NCBI GenBank assembly: GCA_000934665.2 | Contig: KZ538009.1 | Location: forward strand, 1 to 64,000 | Origin: Catajapyx aquilonaris | Lineage: Eukaryota | Direction of reading: 5' to 3' | DNA: 64,000 nucleotides | In this document: one piece after another, positions 40,620-53,802 of the stretch | Layout: every line of letters begins with the position of its first letter | Numbering within the stretch: position 1 is the stretch's first letter | Notes under the pieces: model-generated | Database searches by the model: none | What the model was told of the DNA's origin: nothing | What the model saw: only the letters and a program-made list of their open reading frames with translations | Program-made: the position numbers and the translations under genes

Positions 40620-43600
40620 TACAAGGGATACCAGATGAAGTGGACACCTGCAGACTTCCAACCTGAGTTAGCAAAATGGCCTTCCAGCGCAATTGGCAGA
40701 ACATTTACCTGAATTTTTTGGTACCTAACGGTCCGGATCTGTTTTGTTGTGCTGCACCACGCCCTTGCTCTAGACTCCATCGATGCTTAGTCGTGACATA
40801 AGTCATCTGGTGTGGGTCCCGCCCTCCCAACATTTCGCCGTCATCTTGCCCCCCCCCCCTCTCGCGACCCATTATTCTGGCTGCTTTTTATCCGGGCCTT
40901 CAAAGTCATTGTGGGGTTGGCGTCGTTACAGCAATGGCCTCTGGTGGCGTGTCCTCCAACGACCTCTGGAACCCTACACAAAGGCTTTCTTTTCGCTTCT
41001 CCCCGGCGCCTTCCTTTATGGCACGGCTCATTTCTTGACCTTTAAGAGACGGAGGAGGGGAGGGTGCGGCTCCAGAGAGAGGAAAAATATCAAAAAACGG
41101 GCATCGGCACTTTTTTTTTTTCTTCCAAGGAAAAAGCTGCTTCTCCTAGTAATCCGGGGGTTGGCAATTGCTGCCTTTTTGGGGGTCTGCAAAGTGTGCA
41201 CCCGGTCCTAGATTTGGGAGGGGTTGTGGCTATAAAGTGATTTGATAGGAATGGAAGGGAGCCCGGGCATTACTTTATCGAGCCGTTTATAACGCGGAGA
41301 GAGAAGGGGGGGGGGGCAAGGGGATGAATTTACGACTCACTTGGAATGTCGTAAGAGGCTTACTTAGCGCACCGTAATGCCCGCGTGTTTCGCCGCTGGA
41401 TAATTCCTCAGTGACAATACCTGCTCTTCGAGGAACAATGGCCGCCTACCATAACCATCAGATGAGCCACGGGGATCCTCCTCCTTGCAAACGCCTAATT
41501 GGTATAGTGGGTAATCAGGAAAAGCAAAGGCCCGATTTATAGACCAGGTCCAAACAGAGAAATCCTAATGTTTCTCTGACGTATTTTACGGCCATTTTAT
41601 GGCAAGAAATCGTTCTCACTCTGGTTACGACCGTTTATCGGACGCCATAACCCAAAGCTTCTCCCTCTCCGAAATTACGATCCGCCCGAAATGAATCAGA
41701 AATGACAACTCCGTGCGCTTACTTATTTTATTTATATGCCATGCAAGCGTGTCTCGTTATAGGTCCAACCCAATTTAGAAAGAGGTGGGCTATATAGTTG
41801 TGTTATATGTAAAGTATACTACCAGAAGCAGACTGAATAGTTAGGATAACAACGAAGCAAAAAAAAGGGGGCGCAATAAAGCTGCTTATGGGACAGTTGC
41901 ATGTCCAAGTGTACCCTTGAGTCCAATCAGCTCGAGTCTGTTTCCTGCTTTGATACACTGCGCGGCAATATCCTGGAAATTGATAACCGTCTTCAATCAG
42001 GAAGATACTGTCGCGAGGAGAGTACTTATACGAACTACCCTTATAAAACGTCAGTCTGATATTGAGACTGAAGCGGCCTCGATTTCTGATTTAATGTGCG
42101 AGTAACGTGTCGCAAAGATGCGTCCTTGGCTGAGTCGACGTCGCTCAGTCAACGTCACTCCTTCTTCCCCAGGTCCATAACACAGGCCTCCATTCCTGGT
42201 GGGGCCCGCAGCTAAATTTGCTCATTGTGCACTCATAATAGACTCCACGCAGAGTGCATAATCATAAATTCCCGTTGACATGCAGCCTGCTGGCTCCTTC
42301 TCTCGCTTCATCAGATCCCGCTCTTCATTAATCATGACCTGCAACCAGGGGGGCTGCCTGATCAATTATTAATTACCGCCTTTCCTAATGCAACGCCCCT
42401 CTCTTGGGCGGGCTGGGGGAGGCTCCAGGGTCCTTACTTGCTTGTGTGTGCCTCCAAGAAAATCCTCTTCTCTTCCTTGGGAATTGACAAGACAACGCCA
42501 CTTTGAAGGATGCGAATCAGGCCACTCGGCGAGACGGGAATGCTGATTAGCTCCTGTCTTTTCCAGAAACGCCTGCTGTACCTATATAGATTTATTCAAA
42601 CTCCTTCGATCCGGAAAGTGGACTGCCAAATGATATCATTAACTGCTGATATTTTAAAGCAACTACAAATTAGCAACTAGGCCAATCTGTCCCTATAGAG
42701 CTATATACCTCTCTTGTATGCGGCATGCGAAATGTCGATTTGTTTTTGGGCGGGGGGATCTGACAAAAGTGATGATGGACAAGATGGGAGTGAAACGTGT
42801 CCCGGGAGGTACCATTACTGCCCCCCACCCTCCCCCTTCAACCCTCCCAACTCTTATATTTGGGAGTGGGGTGGAGCAAACACGGGTTAGACTGTTAGAG
42901 TGAACAACAGGCTGCCACTCTCGCTCTACACGAACATTTTCTGCTCTCTTCTCTCTCTCTTTTTTTCGCTATCGGGTTGGTGCAAATACTTGCTTCCCTT
43001 CCCATTGAAAAGCTCGCTAATATTAAATCCCTGGCACGTCCCCTTGGCTTGAAAAGACGCATCAAAAAGGCTTGAATAATCTCTCGATGGCTCTTTCCAA
43101 GCCAGGAGTAGTAGTCACGCCGGATCTATCACGATGCTGGCTATTCAATGTCTGATGGCCCGCCTTTTTTTTTAAATGTCAGGAAAAAAAAGGCAGCCAT
43201 TACGGCACTTCCTGAAATCTCCTGACAGCATTGCTCGCGCCAGAAAATGAAGAAAAATGTTTGGAAGCACTTTTGTGACTATCAAACAATGTGCATCAAA
43301 TGGTTTCAAAATAATAATTGTCAATCGGTTGACTCGGAACCACCAATCACTGATAATTCTATAAATAAAAACTGTAGCACTTAGCTCGGAGAATGCACCC
43401 GGAATTATTTATCACCCCGGGCCAAAAACCCAAGCTGGCAAAGGACTTTATTGCATGCGGCCCCATCTTTTCCCATCAGGCTTCTTTTTTTTCCTTCCTA
43501 TTTTTTTTCGGGGGTGCGCTATCCGGGGCCCCAAGAATCCGGGGGATCTCCAGTAAAATAAATGTAGGGCCTGACTGCCTGACAAAAGAAAATGGATGCG

Positions 43601-46600
43601 ACTCATTCGGGGTAGCAGCCTACAGGGGAAAAGGGGGGGGGGCTGCAGGGAAAAAGGGGGGACTCTCTCCCTCACCTTCTGGGGGTCCGTCCGGGCTATT
43701 AGTGGAAACACATTCATTACAGGCTCCCAAAACGCGACCTCAAATCTGCGACACCGTTTTGTTACTGGAGGATTCGAGCGGTTGGACGGCACCAGGGGAA
43801 AACGGTTGGGTGGAAAGGGTTGGAACACAGATCCTCACTTATTCATACAGCTGTGCTTTGGACAGTATATACAGACCATGCCAGGATAAATCTTGGAAGT
43901 TTTTAAAAAATCGAGGACAATGCACTGTATTATAAAGAAGGCAGAAATTATTAAATATGGACTGAAGAGGATCGTAAAATGAAAATGTGAAATGTTGCTT
44001 TTCAAATTCAGCGTATTCGAATAATAATGGTTTCAGGAAATGTGAGGCAGATTCTTATTTCACAAATAACTCAAGCGGTGTTACATTATCTTGCCAGATG
44101 TAACATACTGAAAGCAACCTACTGTTAGAATTTAATATCAGAACTAAGAACTTGAAAGTCATAAATGCGGTCCGTACACAGTCTGTATATGCTATTAAAA
44201 TGCTATTAAAAACGTTGAAGGCCGTGTATTGTGTTGCAGTATTGTTGCCAGTAAGAGGATTGAGGAAAGGAACATGACTTGAATTTTGAGATTATATCTA
44301 AGTACATGAAGTGATACTTTGTCATGAGCATCAAATCTAATGTGTGTTAATGTGTGAGTAAGATAACGAAAGTAATTATTTTACAACCATAATTTACTTT
44401 CCGCATTCTCTGACTATTCTAGATTATGGACATATGAAGGATGAGGCATTGAATATTGTTTCACATCCCATTTGGAATCAATTTACTGTTACTAATGTAT
44501 AAATATAATATTATCCTGTTCAAATAAACCTTTTGTTTACTTGAATACATATGACACTCGAATGTTGGTAGTGGCTCAGTGATAATAATGACCCACATGT
44601 TGCAATAATGGCAACTATTCTAGTGGGAAAGCTTTCTTAATACTTGCAAATGTGCAAAATTATGCAAACTTTAATTTTGTTGCCACATTGGTAAGGCGTG
44701 GAAAGTACATACAATGTGTAGCATTTTTTGTCGGTCTTTGGGGTTCGTGTCGTTGTGGTAATGAAAGAAAAAATTATTATATTGGAAAATTTCCGGTGAA
44801 ATGTGTGACATTGCAGATAATTCAGAAAATAACGACTTTTGTTGCCATGCTTTTTTGACCCTTTATTAATAATTGAAATGATACCGTATGTAACCATTGT
44901 GAAGTAACATTACAAATATGACGAAAATTGAACAAGTGAAAATGTCAGCCTCAATATTTTATAGTCACATGCACAGTTCGTGCAAAGTTTTAACAATGGC
45001 TTATTGTGAACTTCCCCTTTCATGCTGCAACATAACTGCACCGACAATAAGATATTCAGCCATTGACATTAATATTACATTCTTGTACTACATAATTCCA
45101 CATGCATTTTAAAAATTTCAATTCGAATCCGAATCTCTTGGGAACCACAGTTTGAGCTGACTGCGGGCCTTTGACGCGAATGCACAAGCGACCAAAAATG
45201 TGTTCGGATTGTGCACATATGGCCTCAGGTTGCCGTCCTGTTTGTGTACCTGCTGTATACAGTACACTTGCACTCGAAATCACTGCAGCTCCGGGCAAAC
45301 ATTTTGCGACATGAATCGCTCCCATCCTGCACACATGTTCACTTCCATTTGTCATTTATCCTAACTCTTTGGGGCAACCATTGTGCCTCTCTTGTCCAGC
45401 AGAATGCAGCATTTACAGGGGCTAATACAACCAGACCAAAATCGCCGGGAAATATTCGCTGGTTGCTCTGAACATGAAAACAGGATATTTAACAACACGT
45501 ACAGTACGTATAACCTGGATTACTGCAACTCGCACGTAAGCTTGTGCATTTTTGTTGTGCTTGTAATGAAAGAGAGTCATAAATTTAATTCGGATTCTTA
45601 GAGGAGTCAGATGGCTTCAGCGTTGCCAGTGCTTAAATCCCGGCTGACTAATCGCATTAACCGAAGCAATTCATGAATATCCTCGGTACTTTCAGCATTT
45701 TATGCAGGAGACCCTAATGAATTCTCGGTAAGAAAATAGTCTCGTTTAATCCTCAAAAAAGCCATAGGTTTTGAGAGCTCCTCTGAACGTTATTCTTTGG
45801 GAGGGAAGATGCGTAGGACACGACTTCGCCTGACAAACTTTTATCCTCATTACTAGCTTTTAAGCGAGGGTGTATTACCGGCAGTTATGCAGTGAAATCC
45901 AAGATTAATTCTATTTCAGAGTATCGCCAATGCCGATTTCAATAATTAATGACAAATCCAGTGCGCTTAATTGCCATGCATTTATGTAATTATGCTTTAC
46001 AGTCATATAGAATTGATATAATTGCGGATCTTTATGGGGAAACTGACACCATTGTTTAAATTGGCGATTTAAAACAGCCTGATAGTGTGGCCTCATTTGA
46101 TTGAAAGTGGGAACTAAATTATTTACCTTCACATTTTCCACTTGCTTACAAGACAATTCATGAAAGCGTGCAGCTCAGCAATGATATGCATTTGTTTCAA
46201 ATTTTGAATTGAAACATTCCAGCCTTTGGTTTGTTCCTTCCTTAAAGCATCATTAGTTAATGGGTTGCACAACTACAAATTGCTACCTTGGACATAGCGG
46301 CTTCGAACATGTCAACAGCATGTGCAGTACGTCGCCAGCTCGTCCTTTATTGATATCAAGGGAGCCAATGCAACTCGGACACTGCAAGGGTACAAAAATC
46401 TCAAGAGAAAAATCCGATGCCCGGTACGCTGCTTTGTCTCGTCTGTGGGACACATTGATCCAAACGAGATACAGTGTACAAGAGAAAGCTTCTCCACCGG
46501 TTGAATAATAAATGCTGCATCTATCACCAGGGAGTTATAAGGAGACGTGAAGGTACAAGCTACAGTGTGAAAGGTGGTTTACCGGACAACTATACTGTTC

Positions 46601-49600
46601 AGTCTGACGAGCATATATTTATTTAAGTGCAATTTACACTAGGAATTTAAAGAAAGCCGGAAATTGGTCGTGCACTGTAGGAAATGGTCCAAAAAATTGC
46701 GGGAACATAAACCCCACTGGCTATTGCAGGAGGTCACTCGGCTTGTTCCGTCCCGAAAAGTTACGCGTAAGTTTCACACACTCTGGGCCTGGTTATGACT
46801 GTCGGCAGCATATCTAAACTTTCTCATCGTGCAAAAGCCTCCGTGATTTTGATTCCCTCCTGCAAGGCTCTTTGCGAGAAACGGTTTGGTTCCTGGCGGC
46901 CGTCTCCATAATAATTCTGCAGCCCTGGCACATGGGCCGTTGGACCGAAGAAGACGACATGTCCGGTGGTATTCTCGACTTTGGCTCGTTCGGACCTCCC
47001 TCAACTCAAACAATAGGTTTGGACAAGAAGAAGAGCAAACAAGGTCGTCTGCATGGCTCCAACCGACGCCTAATGGAAACTGCTCCATCTCGCAGGTTTA
47101 GGACACGCCATGTTGATCTGGACTACTCAAAACTGGTGCGGTTGGCAGGTATATGAGTACCAACCTAAAAGTGCATTTGTCATATGACATGCAGAACTAT
47201 CAGAATCCATGTTTTTCTGGCTTCTTCTGAAGTTGGAGCATTGCAATGTCCGTGATAACTTTTTAAACTAAAAAAACTGACTTGGAAATCAGACCCTTCG
47301 AGAATTAATCTAATTAGTGACCAAAATGTGATTATGACTCTGCTGTATTTCAGGTCATGATAATACTGTGTGTGATTGCGTATAATATTGGCATAAAAGC
47401 ACGAGTGCTAATGGCAACTATGATTCTGTATAATACACCCATTCACAAAGGCAGTGTTCCGATTTGGACACTTTTGTGCTTGTGAATGGCCCCTAATGTC
47501 AGCATTTAAATTAACCAATCATGAGTATTGACGTCAATACCCATGCTTCATTGGCAGACCCTGACCACGGAGAAGTTTAATGGGCATCAACAGAAGTGTC
47601 ACGAACACATGCTATCAGCTTGATAATACTACGATGTTGAACCCACAACCTTAACAGTGATGAACAATTAAAGTGGCATATCTTAACATTTTAATTTTTC
47701 CCTCACCTCAGCATATTCTGTAAAACACTTGTGTTTAGCAAAGTGCCCGGTACATATCTGATCCCCGGAGCTTCAACTGCATCCTTGAGAGGTATCCGGT
47801 GCTTCTGACACACTTTGCAGGCGATAATCGCAGTGTATCCCTCCTAACACACCATTAGAGGTAATTATTTATCTGCGACTACGACATCGGTGCCAGTGAT
47901 GAATAATTGCGTCCGGAGCTCGCCCAGTGGGCAGCGTTTCGTGACGGATCATCCGAGCCGGGTATTTACTGGCCCCGGAGATAAAACCCAACACCCCCCC
48001 TCCACCCCCCCTGAAAAGACAAAGTGCCGACTCTTGTGAAGACTATATTTACCCTCCGAGCAGGAAATGAATGTGCATTTGACACGGAATTTGTTCCGAC
48101 TCGCTTCATCAAGTCCGCACTGGCGCCTTATCTCTCTTCTGGGGGGGAAAGAAAGACTCGACTCGTAACTCACAATCTTCCTCCATCCCTCCCCCCCTGC
48201 TGGCGAGAGCCAGATGGACCCTTCCCGAAAAGAAAACCCATAGTCCCATGGTCCTATTGCAAGAAATGACCACCGAGGAAACTCGAGGAACCGGACAATG
48301 AAGTCGCCGTGGAATTGGTGTCAACGTCCAGTCAACACGAACAGGGTGGTGCACCACCCAAGTCCACATGTTACGAATAGGTATCTTAACCTACAGGGGG
48401 CAGTCAAAATTTCGGTATTTTCTGATCCTCACAATTGGGTATACGAAGAACCCGCAGCAGTTATTCTCAATATTGCTACAGGTAATCTAAAGGTGCTAAC
48501 CTAAGCAGAATTTTTGGTGGACTACCCTGTACAGATATAAACCCATTTCCAAAGCAGCCACAACAGCAGAATTTTTGTGGGGGGAGGGTGAGTGAATCGA
48601 CGAAGTTTCCGCAATCTGTTCCCGAACCCAAATGACGCCGAACGCTGCCCTTTTCCGCCTCCCCATCCACAAAAACCCCCCCGATACCACAAACCTCCCC
48701 AACAAGGGCTGCACATCTGCTCCCTTTCGCCCATTACAACTTTTTTTTTTTTGGTGTGTGTGTGTGTCTGTACATGGTGTGTGTGCGCCTCTAACCCTCC
48801 AACCAAAAGAATGATAGCTGGATTTCTACATCAATCTGCCAATGTGTTATTTCCTCGCCGTGTGCTGCCCTCCTATCTTTCAAGAAAATCGCTGGGAAAA
48901 TCACTTTAGGGCTAGGAAGGAGAAGAAAAAAATACGGTACTATATATTTTCGGGTTTCCCCCGCAATAATTGACACGCGTTTCTTATAGCAATCACCATG
49001 GTTGGCACATGGAGTCAGCAACTTTTAATAAAACATTCAGTAATGTATAGGCAATTTAAAATTAAATTATTGGCATCAGTTTTGCAGAGAGGCTTCCTTC
49101 CTTTCCATCCTCTTTAAGAAGCCACTTCGGCTGCAATTTTTTTGGAAGCATCCTGTGCACTTTTCTGAGGGATCATAAGGCTGCTGCCATGTTTTTAAAA
49201 GCTTCCATCCTAAAATGCCAATAAAGTAAGGGGGAGGCTCCCTCCAAAGTGGAAGCCACCTCCGAGGGTAATTAAGCTCTCGGTAAGGTTTTAACCTTGC
49301 AGTAAACGACGCGGCCAAAGTGTCCGAAAGACTTTTCCTGCAGCAGGTAATGTTTTTTTACGGGGTTTTCCGTACGAACCACAAATTGGGGGTTTAACCC
49401 TATCGTTAATTTGCTTTTCATCCGCCCCCTAGTACTTTAATGCATGCAGCACTTTAAGCTGTATGAGTTATATACGTTTGGCGTGCCCAGATTGATCAGC
49501 TGATCCTGTAAGACTTTGGCAGTTTGTAATGGGATAAGCAGTGTGGCAACACCTTCCCCTAGATGGTTTTTGACATCCACTCCAATCCGGTTGGAGCAAG

Positions 49601-52600
49601 TAATGAAGTCGATGCCATTAAGAGAGACAAGGACCTGCTTGGAAGGTAGGCGACTTGTGCATCTTGAGTTATGCTAATTAGACCCGGATAAAGACGTCCT
49701 TCATCAGGCTGAACCTCGGGATTATCGGACTGGAAGTGACAGAAGTTATGAGGAGTAATCCCACTTGACCATTCGCGAACAATTATAAGTAGGCAGCAAG
49801 CTACGAGGGGAATCTTACAAGCGAAACTTTTGTTCATTACGAGGCCAGGAAATTAAAAGTTCGCGTCCTTTCTATATGAAATCACAGATATGTTCAACCC
49901 AATGGCACTCTCAGTATTTCCAGGCAAAATACTGTTACACTATTGATCTTGTATACCTGGCAGAAAATGTGATCATTAATAATGCAATATTATGATTTGG
50001 TGGTAAGTCAAAAATTCCCTAGTGGGATTTAATCTCATGTCAGGATAAAAGCTTGCATTTGGCGGTTGCACCACAATAAACAGCGCACCGTTTAAAAATG
50101 GACGCATAGTTGCTGTAAGCGCATCAAAAAGAAGGCCGAGCATTATTGAACCATGACTGGATAAATATTTCAACCGACTAGAAAGCGCTTTCACACAGAT
50201 GCATATATATAATGTATACAAAGTGATGCACCCGTGATGTATTTTCCATCGGGTCCTTTTTTGTGTGTGATACATATATTTTTTTTGTTTCAAAAACCCC
50301 CGGAAACTTGGTGGGCGGGCGCGACGTATAGCGTCACAGCAGTAGACGTATGACGCCAACCCAGATCATCTCGCCTTCCAGAGTTGCGATTAATGTAAAT
50401 CCATTTTTCCGCCACCAAACTGGAATTTGATGGCACCGCCTACTGTGCCACTTGCCTGGAAATCGCAGTTTGGGATTCACTGCCAGTTGAAAGACATTAC
50501 CCCTAGAGCAGCAGTCTTTTTGCATATTTCTTATACTTTTCTCCACCGGCTGCGACCATATAAGCAGCGCCCCAACTTTAGCTGCGACCGAGATATGCGG
50601 CATTAGGACACGTCTAAAATTTGTCACATTTCTGCCAGATGGCATTTGCAGCGACATATGTCCGCCCTTGACATTGTGAGCACCATCTCTCCATCCAACA
50701 GCCTCCAACCACCTAATGTCATTACAGCCTCCTTTTCATCTCCTCCAGCAGCCATCATCAATGTCCATTAAAGATGCTCAGCGTCCTCTTGACATCACCT
50801 TGCAGAGATGTCGACCAAAAAATATCCGGCGCGATAAGGCACCCTCCAAAACACCTTCTCCGCAAATTATTAATGCCCGGGTTTGTTTTCGATTTGTCTG
50901 AGGAGAGTGCTTGCCAATTCTATTAGCCAAGGATCCTTCTCCAAGCCTCTCTCTCTCGATCTCTTATGCGCCTCTCCTTTTGCAGAGGCTTGGTCTGGCA
51001 AGCGAGTAAAGGAATCCACTCACGTCCCCACTACCTTCCAATTTGAGGCGCCACTCTCTACATACTCCGGCGGCCCTAATTGCCGCATTAAGACTGAAGG
51101 AAGAGGGGGCCTGGAACGATGACGGCACACTTTTACCTTCGCAAAACCCAAACCAAATTTCCTTGGGCGGCAGGCTGTGTGAGGCTATAGGCTGCAGGCC
51201 AGTGGTCTGGTCCATTAGGCCTATTACTAGCAAGTTAGGCTACTTGCAGTCCACAATTAGGCAGCGGACTCAGCATTTTAGGAGCCGGAATGGATCATCT
51301 TATACTATTTGCTGGGGTAGCTTCTCTTTCAAAACAGGGCCCATTCAATACATGTCCTCATTACACTGGTTGATGTAAAGTCCAATTTAAGACTTGGATG
51401 CTGCCAAGTCCAGCAAGGAACTGACATATGTACACTATAAAAAGAGATCAGAAAATAACTAATTGAACATTCATTTTTTCGCACAAATAAGTGTGTAATC
51501 TTCGTTTTTACCATTTTGGATCGAACTAATCTGGATGATCACCAGAGTTGAAAGTTTGTAAGGAGGTTCTGACTCACGTGCCTGCGACGTGGATTACATC
51601 ACAGATCGTCAACCCGATCTCCCGATCACAGCTTCTAATTAAGTGAACTTTGTCAAAATGGGTAGGGTGCTGGGGAGGGGGATTGTTACCATCCTCGTCT
51701 TCTATTTTTTTACTCGTCGACCTTGCTTTTATCACCATTAGTCGGGCAACGTCTTCCTAACGAGATTGCAGACTTGTTTCCAACTTGGGCCTGGTTCTAA
51801 GCTTAAGAAAAAATACACATCGCGGGGGCGTCAATGGAGCGACGTCTTTTCCTTTTGGCGGGTAGCCCCAGAACGAGATTGCCAGGTTTATAATTATGTC
51901 AGCGGAAAAATTGGATTCGGATCCCGATGCGTGCCCTGGAAAAACAAATTTTCGGCGCCTTGCACTTCCTTTTTGGGGAGGGGGGGGGGGGAACCCTAGT
52001 TTCCTTGATTAAGACACCCTTTTCAACCGCATGCCGCCAAAAGAAAAAAAAATGATAAAGAAACTCATCTTTTTTTTAGGCTGATTTCATGCCCCATGGG
52101 AAGTGAGCACTAGAAATCTAATCATAGGCGTACTCCCTCCAGCCCTCAGAATGTCACGCAGCAGCCTTCTTCGAAGATGAACTTCTTCAAGATCAAACCG
52201 GGTGCTCAAAGTGAAGGCATTTCACGTCCGTTGAAAGTACAGATGTGACCGTGTTGCACAGTCTGGGACACCATCCCTTCTCCCAGAACCAATCTCATTA
52301 AAGCTTGTGATGCTCCGAATTTCAATCGTTGTCAGAAAAAAAATATTCTTCGTGTTACTATATGATCCAATTCAGGAGGCTGAGAAGGTATGATGGAAAA
52401 GTACGTTGCTAACAACCTCGTTATTGTACGTTCCGCCCCCTTTCTGATATGAGCTGGCGGGTATGGCAAAAAAATGGAGCTCTTCCGGGCCCTAATTAGC
52501 TGGGAGTATAACAAAAACCCCACAACTGCGGGATGCCTCTCGAGAGGGGTCGACATTGATCGATTCCTGGCCTGCAGCAATCAGTTTTCCGTCAATCGGG

Positions 52601-52786
52601 CCTCCTTCATGTGTGATTTATGATCGCAGATGAGGACCTCACATGGACCGCCGGAGTGAAACACAACCCTTTTCTAACACTTCAACACGGTATTCACATC
52701 ATCCGACCTCATCCATTTTTTAAAACCCGTGTTAAACCACGATCATACATTTCGGAGCCATATTCGCAGAGCATGGATGCAAAATA

Positions 52787-52950
52787 TCTACTAATATTAA
52801 AAATCTTCGTTGTTTGTATAATCATTCTGATTGGTCAGTCGCATATTGTTGTTACCGCGACGCTTCCTATTGGCTCAGTTCTGCGCCTGCGTAATGGTGT
52901 AGAGGCAGCGCCTCTGGTGGGTGGGAGGGGGAACTATCAATTCCTGCTAG
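52787..52950 (+). mobile_element. Short non-autonomous Helitron-like element in the intron between exons B and C
   Basis: Reads A|TCTACTAATATTAAAA...TTCCTGCTAG|T (5' TC, 3' CTAG, A/T target). Its 5' ~90 bp has a homologous inverted copy at 26329-26410, so it is a dispersed repeat. Confidence 0.6.
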
Positions 52951-53640
52951 TATTTAAATAAATGACGTCACCATTTATAATCATAATCTGAATGTGCACT
53001 GCTGAACTGATCCGCTCTCGAGGTCTCAATGTGCAGTATTAATTTCGAGCAAATATTTGCGCGGGTCATGGTTAAGCCGTTCCTCCCAGTTTACGATGGG
53101 AAGGCTTTTCAACGCAGTGGTTACCCTTTTCGGGGGCCTGTGTAAATGGCCCTGCAACGGTAAACATCAACAACCGGTTAAGAGGGGCTTAAAAATCCGC
53201 TCACACGACCCCTGATTCCTCCTCAGGAGTGAACCTGCCACAACATCAGATTGATCGAGTTCACTGAACCAAGTGGACTACAGGGTGGTTGCAAATTAGG
53301 TCCATTGTATGCTTGCAGCAGGAAGGCCCTAGCATTCTGTGAGGTTGACAGGAACCATTCCGAATCCCGGCCATTTGCAATTACCGGCCAATCACTGGTT
53401 GGAATTCCCGGCACATGCCCCTGAGGCCATCTCAGGCAAGTGCACAGCATCGATTGCTGTTGTTAAACTCCCCAAGTTTGGGACCAGGCCCTCTCAAGTG
53501 TTTCTCAAGCCATCCCACAATGGCCCATCTGACCCACCCTTCTCGAATCACATTACTCGCGTCAAGATCCGGAGCACAAGTTTAGTAATTAGTCCGCATG
53601 TAATACACCCGTGTTAAGCGTAAGGGTTTTGCCTCCTTAC

Positions 53641-53802
53641 CTGACACTCGTAGGTTCCGTTGTCTCTCCTTTGGACATACTTGATCTGCAATGTCCAATC
53701 GTCGGATCCTTCAGTGTGGAGGACCTGGAACCTCTCGTCGTTGGTGTACGTCAGCATTCCGGACGTCAGGATGTGCCAATCACGACGACGGACCCACGAT
53801 AT
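53641..53802 (-). CDS. dpr12: Dpr-family exon B: core of Ig1
   Basis: Acceptor ctctttcctgcag, donor CAG|gtaagg. 162 nt, phase 0/0. Encodes ISWVRRRDWHILTSGMLTYTNDERFQVLHTEGSDDWTLQIKYVQRRDNGTYECQ, the hallmark Dpr Ig1 segment. Confidence 0.96.

Noticed and set aside
43393..43935. 180-aa plus-strand ORF (similar cases: 17037..17525, 23243..23767, 62112..62594)
   Set aside because: Low-complexity or homopolymer-driven translations with no recognisable domain or exon structure.
46774..47088. Minus-strand ORF containing HADDLV and KFRY, resembling RT YADD and F.YLG motifs
   Set aside because: There is an in-frame stop just upstream and no PQG-type or KTK motif. Too weak to call without a profile search.
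47707..47717. Possible 11-nt microexon on the minus strand (ttttacag|AATATGCTGAG|gtgagg)
   Set aside because: It would frameshift Ig1, and such AG/GT pairs arise by chance in a 16-kb intron. It needs junction reads.
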